The position numbers were made by a program, and so were the translations under genes. From Escherichia coli (GTDB lineage: Bacteria; Pseudomonadota; Gammaproteobacteria; Enterobacterales; Enterobacteriaceae), in assembly GCF_046105845.1 (NCBI RefSeq), contig NZ_CP151004.1: a stretch of DNA of 64,000 nucleotides; one strand, given 5' to 3'. Positions 24,185 to 34,157 of this stretch are shown piece after piece (the first letter of the stretch is position 1; every line of letters begins with the position of its first letter). Under the pieces are notes generated by a model. The model did not search any database. It saw only the letters and a program-made list of their open reading frames with translations, and was not told the origin of the DNA.

Positions 24185-24646
24185 TTAGCGAACTAATTTT
24201 GCTCTTAGCTCGTCGGCTTCTTCTTTTGGATAGGTGACCAATAAAGGATCAATGGTATAACCGCCGTAAATTTTATCCCCGCGTGTATACATCCAGTCTG
24301 AAATATCTTCTTTCTTGATTTTCCACTCCTGGCCATATTCTACGTTTGTAACAATACCAGGGTCATTGCTAATTACGCCAATAAACATGCCGTTAGAATA
24401 AGTGACATCCGTAAGCCAGAAATGCTCGGTTCTTCCGTGATCGGTTATCGGGGCTTTGACTGCGAAAGTATCGGCATCTTTTTTATTCATAACCTCGATG
24501 AATTTATCGGTTTCTTTCCGCGCATGTTGAATGGCGTCAGACATCGCTTGTTTATCATAACCTCCCGTCACTAACGTATCCGAAACTTCACTAAAGCCCG
24601 CGGTAGTAAAAAATAGCAGACTCAACATAAGTAATATCTTTTTCAT
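24185..24646 (-). CDS. yegJ: Secreted/periplasmic protein of unknown function (DUF2314-like)
   Basis: 153-aa ORF with N-terminal signal peptide (MKKILLMLSLLFFTTAGFS); position between yegK and yegI. Confidence 0.8.
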   Translation of the reverse strand: MKKILLMLSLLFFTTAGFSEVSDTLVTGGYDKQAMSDAIQHARKETDKFIEVMNKKDADTFAVKAPITDHGRTEHFWLTDVTYSNGMFIGVISNDPGIVTNVEYGQEWKIKKEDISDWMYTRGDKIYGGYTIDPLLVTYPKEEADELRAKLVR

Positions 24647-24846
24647 CTTTTCTCCAGAATCCCTGTGTAGTAAAAGTTAGCAAAAAACCTGTGGAAGTGA
24701 ATCATTATCAGGTTGGAATTGAATTGTATCCTGATGAAATTGCATTATCATTTTTATTCTTGAGTGGGACTCTTCCAATATGGAAATAATTATAATGGGC
24801 AGTGTTATTATTCATTAAAATATAATATGACTGCCCTTGAAACATT

Positions 24847-26793
24847 ATGAAGACAAATATAAAAGTATTTACATCGACAAGTGAATTGACCACTCTCGGC
24901 CGTGAACTGGGCAAAGGTGGCGAAGGCGCGGTTTATGATATCGAGGAGTTTGTCGATAGCGTCGCTAAGATTTATCACACGCCGCCACCCGCCTTAAAAC
25001 AGGACAAACTTGCCTTTATGGCTGCGACAGCTGACGCGCAGTTGTTGAATTATGTCGCCTGGCCGCAGGCAACGCTTCACGGTGGACGAGGCGGAAAGGT
25101 TATCGGTTTTATGATGCCAAAAGTTTCTGGTAAAGAACCGATTCATATGATCTATAGCCCGGCACATCGTCGCCAGAGTTACCCTCATTGTGCGTGGGAT
25201 TTTCTACTCTATGTTGCGCGCAATATTGCTTCATCTTTTGCTACGATTCACGAGCACGGGCACGTCGTGGGTGACGTAAACCAGAACAGCTTTATGGTGG
25301 GCCGTGACAGCAAAGTGGTGTTGATTGATAGCGACTCCTTTCAGATTAACGCCAATGGCACGCTGCATTTATGCGAAGTCGGCGTGTCGCATTTTACGCC
25401 GCCAGAGCTGCAAACCTTGCCATCATTTGTCGGCTTTGAACGCACCGCGAATCACGATAATTTTGGCCTTGCGTTGCTGATTTTTCACGTCTTGTTTGGT
25501 GGGCGGCATCCTTATTCCGGTGTACCGCTTATCTCTGATGCGGGTAATGCACTGGAGACGGATATTGCCCATTTCCGTTATGCCTACGCGTCAGATAATC
25601 AGCGACGTGGTTTAAAACCGCCGCCACGATCTATTCCGCTGTCGATGTTACCGGGTGATGTTGAAGCCATGTTTCAGCAGGCATTCACGGAAAGTGGCGT
25701 GGCAACCGGGCGTCCGACGGCAAAAGCGTGGGTAGCGGCACTTGATTTACTACGCCAACAGTTAAAGAAATGTACCGTTTCGGCAATGCATGTTTACCCC
25801 GGTCATTTGACTGACTGCCCGTGGTGTGCGCTGGATAATCAAGGCGTTATCTATTTTATTGATCTCGGCGAAGAGGTCATTACCACCGGCGGTGATTTTG
25901 TGCTGGCGAAAGTCTGGGCAATGGTGATGGCGTCAGTAGCACCACCAGCATTGCAACTGCCATTACCCGATCATTTCCAGGCTGCTGGCAGGCCGCTTCC
26001 TTTAGGCCTGTTACGGCGTGAATACATCATTCTGATTGAGATCGCACTGTCAGCGTTATCGCTGTTGCTTTGCGGCCTTCAGACAGAACCGCGTTATATT
26101 ATTTTGGTTCCTGTGCTGGCGGCTATCTGGATTATTGGCAGCCTGACAAGCAAAGCGTACAAAGCAGAAATCCAGCAACGCCGTGAGGCGTTTAATCGTG
26201 CGAAAATGGACTATGACCATTTAGTCCGCCAGATCCAACAGTTGGGCGGGCTGGAAGGTTTTATCGCCAAACGGACGATGCTCGAAAAAATGAAGGACGA
26301 CATTCTTGGGTTACCGGAAGAAGAAAAGCGCGATCTGGCAGCATTTCAGGACACCGCAAGGGAACGGCAGAAGCAGAAGTTTCTGGAGGGATTTTTTATT
26401 GATGTTGCCTCTATTCCCGGCGTTGGCCCTGCGCGTAAAGCGGCGTTACGGTCCTTTGGTATTGAAACAGCGGCAGACGTTACCCGACGGAGCGTTAAGC
26501 AAGTTAAAGGTTTTGGTGATCATCTGACCCAGGCGGTTATCGACTGGAAAGCGAGTTGCGAACGCCGTTTTGTTTTCAGGCCGAACGAAGCGGTAACGCC
26601 TGCAGACAGACAAGCGGTAATGGCAAAAATGGCCGCCAAACGACATCGGCTGGAATCGGCGCTGACTGTCGGTGCGACAGAGTTGCAGCGATTCCGCCTT
26701 CATGCTCCAGCACGGACCATGCCGTTGATGGAACCGTTACGTCAGGCGGCAGAAAAACTGGCTCAGGCGCAGGCTGATTTAAGCCGTTGCTGA
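24847..26793 (+). CDS. yegI: Eukaryotic-like Ser/Thr protein kinase-fold membrane protein with C-terminal helix-hairpin-helix-like motif
   Basis: 648-aa ORF: N-terminal Gly-rich loop (LGKGGEGAVY), VAKIYH lysine, atypical catalytic loop (HVVGDVNQNS) and DSDSF in place of DFG; two hydrophobic helices (~res 390-430); C-terminal IPGVGPARKAALRSFGIETAADV resembles an HhH motif. Confidence 0.85.
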   Translation: MKTNIKVFTSTSELTTLGRELGKGGEGAVYDIEEFVDSVAKIYHTPPPALKQDKLAFMAATADAQLLNYVAWPQATLHGGRGGKVIGFMMPKVSGKEPIHMIYSPAHRRQSYPHCAWDFLLYVARNIASSFATIHEHGHVVGDVNQNSFMVGRDSKVVLIDSDSFQINANGTLHLCEVGVSHFTPPELQTLPSFVGFERTANHDNFGLALLIFHVLFGGRHPYSGVPLISDAGNALETDIAHFRYAYASDNQRRGLKPPPRSIPLSMLPGDVEAMFQQAFTESGVATGRPTAKAWVAALDLLRQQLKKCTVSAMHVYPGHLTDCPWCALDNQGVIYFIDLGEEVITTGGDFVLAKVWAMVMASVAPPALQLPLPDHFQAAGRPLPLGLLRREYIILIEIALSALSLLLCGLQTEPRYIILVPVLAAIWIIGSLTSKAYKAEIQQRREAFNRAKMDYDHLVRQIQQLGGLEGFIAKRTMLEKMKDDILGLPEEEKRDLAAFQDTARERQKQKFLEGFFIDVASIPGVGPARKAALRSFGIETAADVTRRSVKQVKGFGDHLTQAVIDWKASCERRFVFRPNEAVTPADRQAVMAKMAAKRHRLESALTVGATELQRFRLHAPARTMPLMEPLRQAAEKLAQAQADLSRC

Positions 26794-26805
26794 GCCAGTT
26801 TTCAA

Positions 26806-28158
26806 TTAACGAAACACGACTTCTGCCCAGCGTGCCAGCCCGGCGGTGACGGAGCCAAAGTCATCGCCACCTGCAATCGGAATGCCCGGCAACTGTTCTG
26901 TCAGCGCTTTTTTAATCAGCGGTGAACGGGCGCTACCGCCGGTCAGATAGATAACATCCGGTTTTTCCTGGGCGTTATCCAGCGCCAGTTGCACCTGTTC
27001 CAGAATCCGCGCCAGTGGCTGGTTGAGGGCGCTTTCCAGCCCTTGCTGGCTAATCAGCGTAGCCAGTTCATCGCTGATAAACGGCAGTGAGGCGCGGGTT
27101 TCCGCTACGCTTGAAAGCGCAATTTTGCTCTCTTCTGCGCTACGTACCAGGCGATAGCTTAAACGCTGACGCCAGACTTTCTGTAACAGGGCCACTTTTT
27201 CCGGTTCGCGGGCATCGCGTACCAGATCGTTAAGCAGACGACCGTTGGCACTACTGTAGAAATCACTTTGCGCAGGTACGTCGTTGATGGCAACCGCATT
27301 CCACCACGGCAGAATCGGCAGGGCGATGCCTTTTTCGGTTTCGCCACCCATGCCCAGTAACGGCATCAGGTTTTTAAACGCCAGTGCGATATCCAGATCG
27401 TTACCGCCAATACGGCAACCACTGTGACCCAGCAGGCTGGCTTCACGATCGAGACGCGAACGCCACTGCGGCCCCATCAGCAGCAATGAACAGTCAGTCG
27501 TACCACCGCCGATATCCACCACCAGCACCCGTTTTTCTTCCTGCAAGGTGGCTTCGTAATCCAGCCCAGCCGCGACCGGCTCGTACTGGAATACCACATC
27601 CTTAAACCCGGCACGCTTTGCCGCGCGTTCCAGAATCCCTTGCGCCTGGGTGTTTGCTTCATCGCCGCCCAGCCCCTGGAAGTTGATCGGGCGACCAATC
27701 ACCGCCTGAGTAATCGCATCCGGCAGCTGCGCCTGCGCCTGCTGGCGAATGTGCAACATCATTGCGCAGACCAGATCCTCAAACAGCGCTACCTGCTGCG
27801 GTTTTAAGCCGCTGGCACCGAGGAATGATTTTGGTGATTTCACAAACCACACCTCTTCTGGATCATCAATGTACTGTGCCAGTGAGGAAAGACCGAACTG
27901 CACGCTTTTCGCCGTAACATCGATATCTTCTTCGCGGTTATAACGAATCGCCCGACGCAAAAGCGCCTGCGTTTCATCGTCGTCTGCCGGAACATCATGA
28001 TGGCGGTACAGCCATTCGCTTACCGCTTCACGCGTTGGCGCGCAAAGCATTGAAGGCAGCAGCGTGCTGTCGTTTTCCATTTTTAGCAAATGCGGTTTAC
28101 CGTCGCGCATGACCGCCACTGAACAGTTTGCTGTACCGTAATCAAAACCAATAAACAC
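26806..28158 (-). CDS. yegD: Hsp70/actin-fold ATPase family protein YegD
   Basis: ORF track extends to 28221, but homology begins at the GTG at 28158 (V/MFIGFDYGTANCSVAV, DnaK-like phosphate-1 motif), giving 450 aa. Confidence 0.85.
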   Translation of the reverse strand: MFIGFDYGTANCSVAVMRDGKPHLLKMENDSTLLPSMLCAPTREAVSEWLYRHHDVPADDDETQALLRRAIRYNREEDIDVTAKSVQFGLSSLAQYIDDPEEVWFVKSPKSFLGASGLKPQQVALFEDLVCAMMLHIRQQAQAQLPDAITQAVIGRPINFQGLGGDEANTQAQGILERAAKRAGFKDVVFQYEPVAAGLDYEATLQEEKRVLVVDIGGGTTDCSLLLMGPQWRSRLDREASLLGHSGCRIGGNDLDIALAFKNLMPLLGMGGETEKGIALPILPWWNAVAINDVPAQSDFYSSANGRLLNDLVRDAREPEKVALLQKVWRQRLSYRLVRSAEESKIALSSVAETRASLPFISDELATLISQQGLESALNQPLARILEQVQLALDNAQEKPDVIYLTGGSARSPLIKKALTEQLPGIPIAGGDDFGSVTAGLARWAEVVFR

Positions 28159-28231
28159 GAAATAATCCCCATGCCGGTGAAGAAGGGGCGAGACTTTAGC
28201 GAAATGTTGCCGTCGCGACAACCGGAATATG

Positions 28232-28239
28232 AAAGCAAA
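28232..28239 (+). promoter_or_regulatory. Candidate Ada box (AAAGCAAA) in the alkA promoter
   Basis: Seen in sequence about 53 bp upstream of the alkA ATG; alkA is a known Ada-regulon member with an AAAGCAAA-type Ada site at the -35 region. Confidence 0.5.
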
Positions 28240-28291
28240 GCGTAGCGTCTGAATAACGTTTATGCTGAAAGCGGATTAAAAAGGAGATGCG

Positions 28292-29149
28292 ATGTATACC
28301 CTGAACTGGCAGCCGCCATATGACTGGTCGTGGATGTTGGGATTTCTCGCCGCCCGTGCGGTGAACGGTGTGGAAACGGTCGCGGACAGTTATTATGCCC
28401 GTAGTCTGGCGGTGGGCGAATATCGCGGCGTGGTGACTGCTATTCCGGATATAGCCCGCCATACTCTGCACATAAATTTAAGTGCAGGTTTAGAACCTGT
28501 TGCCGCAGAGTGTCTGGCGAAAATGAGCCGCCTGTTTGATCTGCAATGTAACCCGCAGATTGTTAACGGTGCGTTGGGCAAGTTAGGCGCGGCGCGGCCC
28601 GGATTGCGTTTACCCGGCAGTATTGATGCTTTTGAGCAGGGCGTGCGGGCGATTTTAGGCCAACTGGTGAGCGTGGCGATGGCGGCAAAATTGACCGCCA
28701 GAGTGGCACAGCTTTATGGCGAACGGCTGGATGATTTTCCGGATTATGTCTGCTTCCCCACGCCTCAGCGGCTGGCTGCAGCCGACCCGCAGGCATTAAA
28801 AGCGTTAGGTATGCCGTTGAAACGGGCAGAGGCACTGATTCATCTGGCAAATGCGGCGCTGGAGGGCACCTTATCAATGACAATTCCGGGCGACGTAGAG
28901 CAAGCGATGAAAACGCTGCAAACTTTTCCGGGTATCGGGCGCTGGACGGCGAATTATTTCGCCTTACGTGGCTGGCAGGCGAAAGATGTTTTCCTGCCGG
29001 ATGATTATCTGATTAAACAGCGATTTCCGGGAATGACACCGGCACAAATCCGCCGTTATGCCGAACGCTGGAAGCCCTGGCGTTCTTATGCGCTGTTGCA
29101 TATCTGGTATACGGAAGGCTGGCAACCAGACGGAACGGACGAATTGTAG
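28292..29149 (+). CDS. alkA: DNA-3-methyladenine glycosylase II
   Basis: 285-aa ORF starting MYTLNWQPPYDWSWMLGFLAARAV; HhH-GPD motif region present. Confidence 0.92.
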   Translation: MYTLNWQPPYDWSWMLGFLAARAVNGVETVADSYYARSLAVGEYRGVVTAIPDIARHTLHINLSAGLEPVAAECLAKMSRLFDLQCNPQIVNGALGKLGAARPGLRLPGSIDAFEQGVRAILGQLVSVAMAAKLTARVAQLYGERLDDFPDYVCFPTPQRLAAADPQALKALGMPLKRAEALIHLANAALEGTLSMTIPGDVEQAMKTLQTFPGIGRWTANYFALRGWQAKDVFLPDDYLIKQRFPGMTPAQIRRYAERWKPWRSYALLHIWYTEGWQPDGTDEL

Positions 29150-29170
29150 GCCTGATACGCCGCATCAGGC
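29150..29170. repeat. REP-like hairpin (gcctgat-acgccgc-atcaggc) between convergent alkA and dgcE
   Basis: Seen in sequence; 7-bp inverted repeat immediately after the alkA stop. Confidence 0.5.
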
Positions 29171-29186
29171 GATGGGGAAGCACGCC

Positions 29187-32100
29187 TTAGTTAATCGCGA
29201 AATAACTGCTATTCACCAGCAAATCCAGCGGTTGGGCATCGGCAATCACATCGCCATAAATCAGATCGACGCCGATGCCAGAAAGCGTATCCATCACCAG
29301 GGGTAAAACTACTGGCCCGGCGATGGTCTTCATCCCGAGCCGCTGAGCGTGCCCCTGAATGATCGTAATCAGCATCTCATCCATCAAATTTCCCTGCACG
29401 TTGGCGCATAACTCACCATCAAGTAGTAGGTAATCTGCCATATTTGCTTTCAGCGAGTTGAAGATTTGCAGATCGCGGCCCACCTGATTGAATACGATCC
29501 GACATCCCGCCAGCCGCAGTTTTTGCACGTTTTCTGCGTGATCTAAAATCGCGTCTGCCGGAATAATCAGATGTAATAACCGTGGTGGTAGAGGGCTATT
29601 TTCCAGCTGCTCAATTAGTTCATTCACCAGCGTGGCGCTACTCAAACCGGCAACGGAAAGCGGGAGGGCGATGCTTATACCTTTACTGGCAACCGCTTTG
29701 GCGGCCTGCTGGAAAAAATCGTGGAATACCCGTCGGTCAAGAGCATGGCTAAGTGCCGGATCGCTGAAGCTACGACGAAATGTTTGTTCATCAATAATCT
29801 CGCCTTCGCAACTCCAGAGCTTAAGTGAAATCAGCCACAAATTACGCGCTTCCGGGATCCGCGGCGAAGCGACACCGTGGGCGATCATCATCAACTGATT
29901 CTCTTTAATCATCCGCCACTGTTCATCAAGCGACATCGCCGCCCGTTCGCTATGTGCGGTAGCTTGCTGCGGTTCGTAAATCGTCACCCGGCCCCGGCCA
30001 CCATTTTTGGAGGCATAACAGGCGATATCAGCCTGCGACATCACTTCAGCCGCCTGATGATTGTTGTCATCAATCAAGGTAATCCCGGCACTGGCACCTA
30101 CCCGATGTACACGTCCTTCCCAGATAAAGTGATAGTCATTCACGGCGCTGATAATGCGTGTAGCGATAAAACGCGCACTTTCGACATTACAATCTGGCAG
30201 CAGCAGACCAAATTCATCGCCACCGAGTCGCGCTAGCACGTCGCTGGAGCGCAGCATACTCAGCATCAATGACGCCAGTTCGCGCAACAAAGCGTCGCCA
30301 GCGGCGTGCCCGGCGCTGTCATTCACCGCTTTAAAGCGATCAAGATCGATAAACACCAGTGCATGTCGCTGATGTGTACTGTTTACCGTTTGCAGCAGGA
30401 TGCGTAGTTGCTTCTCAAAACTGGCGCGATTGGCGAGATGCGTCAGTGCATCATGGGAGGCGCTGTAGCTCAGCTGGCGCAGCATTTTGCGTGATTCGGT
30501 GACGTCCTGAATCACCAGAACCGAGCCTATATTGCTGCCGTCCAGAGTACTTAACGGCGTAATACTGTAATGCACGTCGTAGCTGCCGCCGCTCCGACAG
30601 TGCAACACCACATCTTGTTCAATCGCGGAACGTGAGGTGTCGGCACTGTAAATGTTCTCCATTAATGGTCCGTTGTCGCCAAAAGTAATATGCAACACCG
30701 TCAGGAGCGGAACACCTAATGCTTCTTCCTGCGTCCAGCCGCTCATCTTCTCCGCCACCGGATTCATAAAGGTAATTTTCATTGCCATATCAATACAGAC
30801 CACGGCTTCGCCGATGGAATCCAGCGTTATGTGCAGGCGCTCTTTTTCCTGAAACAATGCCTCGTTAAGCTGTTTCACTTCGGTCATATCCATATTAATG
30901 CCGAGCAGGCGTTCGACTTCGCCTTCTTTATTCAGTACCCGGTTAGCGAGGGCGCGGATATGGCGAATGCCGTCTTTCACGGTAATGCGAAATTCCAGTT
31001 TAAAGGGAGAGCGCGATTGCAATGAATCGCGAATCACTTTTTCGGCGTGCTGGCGATCTTCCGGCAGCACGCACTCGTACCACACCTGCCAGTTCGGTTT
31101 GATATGCGGAGGAATTTCATACAGCTCGAACATCCGCTTATCCCAGCTAAAAATATTCGGCTTAAGCTCCCACTCCCAGATGCCAATTCCGCCCGCTTCG
31201 TTAGCCAGCGTGATGCGCTCCATCAGTTGCTGGTTCACCTGTTCGGTGCGTTTTAGCTCGTTAATGTCTTCAATCTGAGCGATAAAATAGAGCGGCGTAC
31301 CATCGGTGTGGCGCACCAGTGAGACGGCAAGCAACGCCCAGACAACATCGCCATTGCGGTTGTAGTAGCGTTTTTCCATTGAATAGGTGTTTATTTCACC
31401 GCTGATCAGCTTTTCAACCTGTTGCAGATCTTTATTGAGATCCTCCGGCCAGGTCAGTTGCTGAAAGGTGAGTCCGCGCAGTTCTTCCTGACTGTAACCG
31501 AGAAACTGGCAGAGCGCTTTGTTGGATTGCAGCCATTGCCCCTCGGTGCCCACTAATGCCATGCCGATGGCGGAATATTCCATGGCATTACGAAAACGGG
31601 TTTCGCTTTCAGAGATGTGTTTGCGTTCCGCACGAAAGGCATACATCACCATGGTCATGATGTTGGCGGGCAGCAGGATCAGCAAAAACGGTAGCCACGG
31701 CATATGGCTCATCAGGTATGTACGCGGCGTAGCAAGCAGGGAGGGATCAGCGGCCATCATCAGTGACACCATCATCACCGTGGTAAGGAAGATCAAAAAG
31801 GCTTCCATTCGTGGCAGGCGCACGGCGCTCCACATCAACAGCACAATAATGAAAGTAAAAGGCCACGGCAGATACAGCATCGAAAGCCAGCTTAACGTCA
31901 GTGTGATGGCTAACGTGAGCAGCGACTCAAAAAGCAACCGTGGGTTGCGATGGCGCAGCAGATAGTGTGGTTTAAATAACAACCCCAGCGGCACCAGTGC
32001 CAGTGCGCCGATGGATTCTGAAAGTACCCATATCAAAAATGCCCTGAGAGGATCGTCTCCGGGCGTCAGCAGGACAACCAGAACACCCCCCAACAGAGGC

Positions 32101-32504
32101 GGAACAATGGCGCTGCCGAGTGCCAGACGCAGCCAGTCAGCCAGATTTTGCAATGGGTTATACCACGGCAGCAATTTACGCAGTAGCACTGCCCCGACCA
32201 CGGCTTCAACAATATTGATGGTCGTCCAGGTCATGTTCAGCGAGCTGGTGGAAAAAAGCAGGATGGATGCGGCGATATTTCCCAGCGAGCAGCTCAGCGC
32301 AATCCCCGGCCACATGCGCCCGGCATGGCGATAAAACGCCACCATCATGATGGACGTCGGGAACCACAATGGGGCGAGTTGGGTGCCAAACTGCGAAAGC
32401 TCAAGCGAGAAAAGGGTAAAGATAAACGAGACTAAACCTAAACTGACCAGGTGAAGCAGCGGGTGGGGCAGGGCAATTAATACATGCTGTGATTGTTTGC
32501 TCAT
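29187..32504 (-). CDS. dgcE: Multidomain diguanylate cyclase DgcE (MASE1 membrane domain, PAS domains, GGDEF, degenerate EAL)
   Basis: 1105-aa ORF; hydrophobic N-terminus; GGDEF motif (RLGGDEFGLLL) seen; EAL-like C-terminus. Confidence 0.9.
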   Translation of the reverse strand: MSKQSQHVLIALPHPLLHLVSLGLVSFIFTLFSLELSQFGTQLAPLWFPTSIMMVAFYRHAGRMWPGIALSCSLGNIAASILLFSTSSLNMTWTTINIVEAVVGAVLLRKLLPWYNPLQNLADWLRLALGSAIVPPLLGGVLVVLLTPGDDPLRAFLIWVLSESIGALALVPLGLLFKPHYLLRHRNPRLLFESLLTLAITLTLSWLSMLYLPWPFTFIIVLLMWSAVRLPRMEAFLIFLTTVMMVSLMMAADPSLLATPRTYLMSHMPWLPFLLILLPANIMTMVMYAFRAERKHISESETRFRNAMEYSAIGMALVGTEGQWLQSNKALCQFLGYSQEELRGLTFQQLTWPEDLNKDLQQVEKLISGEINTYSMEKRYYNRNGDVVWALLAVSLVRHTDGTPLYFIAQIEDINELKRTEQVNQQLMERITLANEAGGIGIWEWELKPNIFSWDKRMFELYEIPPHIKPNWQVWYECVLPEDRQHAEKVIRDSLQSRSPFKLEFRITVKDGIRHIRALANRVLNKEGEVERLLGINMDMTEVKQLNEALFQEKERLHITLDSIGEAVVCIDMAMKITFMNPVAEKMSGWTQEEALGVPLLTVLHITFGDNGPLMENIYSADTSRSAIEQDVVLHCRSGGSYDVHYSITPLSTLDGSNIGSVLVIQDVTESRKMLRQLSYSASHDALTHLANRASFEKQLRILLQTVNSTHQRHALVFIDLDRFKAVNDSAGHAAGDALLRELASLMLSMLRSSDVLARLGGDEFGLLLPDCNVESARFIATRIISAVNDYHFIWEGRVHRVGASAGITLIDDNNHQAAEVMSQADIACYASKNGGRGRVTIYEPQQATAHSERAAMSLDEQWRMIKENQLMMIAHGVASPRIPEARNLWLISLKLWSCEGEIIDEQTFRRSFSDPALSHALDRRVFHDFFQQAAKAVASKGISIALPLSVAGLSSATLVNELIEQLENSPLPPRLLHLIIPADAILDHAENVQKLRLAGCRIVFNQVGRDLQIFNSLKANMADYLLLDGELCANVQGNLMDEMLITIIQGHAQRLGMKTIAGPVVLPLVMDTLSGIGVDLIYGDVIADAQPLDLLVNSSYFAIN

Positions 32505-32821
32505 TACCGCTTTATCCGCAAGACCAGGTCGCCAGTATTCGTTTCTGTGTTTATGCTAGTACAAAAGTTTTACATTTTATATGCGAATTGCTCATAAAGT
32601 GACGTAAAGGCGGATAATTTGCGCAACTTCGTATAACAATTTTTACCTTGCATTAAAACTGAACAACGTAATTTGCCACCGGGAATTATTCGTCAACAAT
32701 TACTCTGAGCGCGCGGCAACGCTATTCGACTGGTATCAGGCGGATGAAATCCCTATAATTGCCGCGTTTGGCGCTTCGTCGCCCCCTTCCTAACATCCAG
32801 GTTAATCAGGTCGCTAAATAT

Positions 32822-33463
32822 ATGACTGATCAGTCTCATCAGTGCGTCATTATCGGTATCGCTGGCGCATCGGCTTCCGGCAAGAGTCTTATTGCCAGTA
32901 CCCTTTATCGTGAATTACGTGAGCAAGTCGGTGATGAACACATCGGCGTAATTCCCGAAGACTGCTATTACAAAGATCAAAGCCATCTGTCGATGGAAGA
33001 ACGCGTTAAGACCAACTACGACCATCCCAGCGCGATGGATCACAGCCTGCTGCTTGAGCATTTACAAGCATTGAAACGCGGCTCGGCCATTGACCTGCCG
33101 GTTTACAGCTATGTTGAACATACGCGTATGAAAGAAACGGTGACGGTTGAGCCGAAGAAAGTCATCATTCTCGAAGGCATTTTGCTGCTAACGGATGCGC
33201 GTTTGCGTGATGAACTTAACTTCTCAATTTTCGTTGATACCCCGCTGGATATCTGCCTGATGCGCCGCATCAAGCGTGACGTTAACGAGCGTGGGCGTTC
33301 AATGGATTCAGTGATGGCGCAATATCAAAAAACCGTGCGCCCGATGTTCCTGCAATTCATTGAGCCTTCTAAACAATATGCGGACATTATCGTGCCGCGC
33401 GGCGGGAAAAACCGCATCGCGATCGATATATTGAAAGCGAAAATAAGTCAGTTCTTTGAATAA
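32822..33463 (+). CDS. udk: Uridine/cytidine kinase
   Basis: ORF track starts at 32759; likely true start is the ATG at 32822 ([22 protein letters not shown], Walker A), giving 213 aa. Confidence 0.92.
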
Positions 33464-33554
33464 GCTTGATAAATTGTGTACCGTTCAGTGATAACCTGGT
33501 ATGCCCTTGACGTAATTGGCGTTAAGGGAGTGATGCACGAAAGGAGAAAATGCC

Positions 33555-34136
33555 ATGCGTCTGTGTGACCGAGATATTGAAGCCTGGCTTGATGAAGGCC
33601 GTTTGTCGATCAACCCACGTCCGCCAGTGGAGCGTATTAATGGCGCGACGGTGGATGTACGCCTGGGCAATAAATTTCGTACCTTCCGTGGTCACACGGC
33701 AGCGTTTATCGATCTGAGCGGTCCCAAAGATGAAGTGAGCGCCGCGCTTGACCGCGTGATGAGCGATGAGATCGTACTCGATGAAAGCGAGGCGTTTTAT
33801 CTTCACCCAGGAGAGCTGGCGCTGGCGGTGACGCTGGAGTCGGTGACGCTGCCAGCCGATCTGGTGGGATGGCTGGACGGTCGTTCCTCACTGGCGCGTC
33901 TGGGGCTTATGGTGCACGTCACCGCGCACCGTATCGATCCGGGCTGGTCTGGCTGCATTGTGCTGGAGTTCTACAACTCCGGTAAGTTGCCGCTGGCGCT
34001 GCGTCCGGGCATGTTAATTGGTGCGCTGAGCTTTGAGCCGCTTTCCGGCCCGGCGGCGCGACCTTACAACCGCCGTGAAGATGCGAAATATCGCAACCAG
34101 CAGGGCGCGGTAGCCAGCCGAATCGATAAAGACTAA
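33555..34136 (+). CDS. dcd: dCTP deaminase
   Basis: 193-aa ORF starting [17 protein letters not shown]. Confidence 0.93.
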   Translation: MRLCDRDIEAWLDEGRLSINPRPPVERINGATVDVRLGNKFRTFRGHTAAFIDLSGPKDEVSAALDRVMSDEIVLDESEAFYLHPGELALAVTLESVTLPADLVGWLDGRSSLARLGLMVHVTAHRIDPGWSGCIVLEFYNSGKLPLALRPGMLIGALSFEPLSGPAARPYNRREDAKYRNQQGAVASRIDKD

Positions 34137-34157
34137 TTCAGGCCCATTGAGGATACC

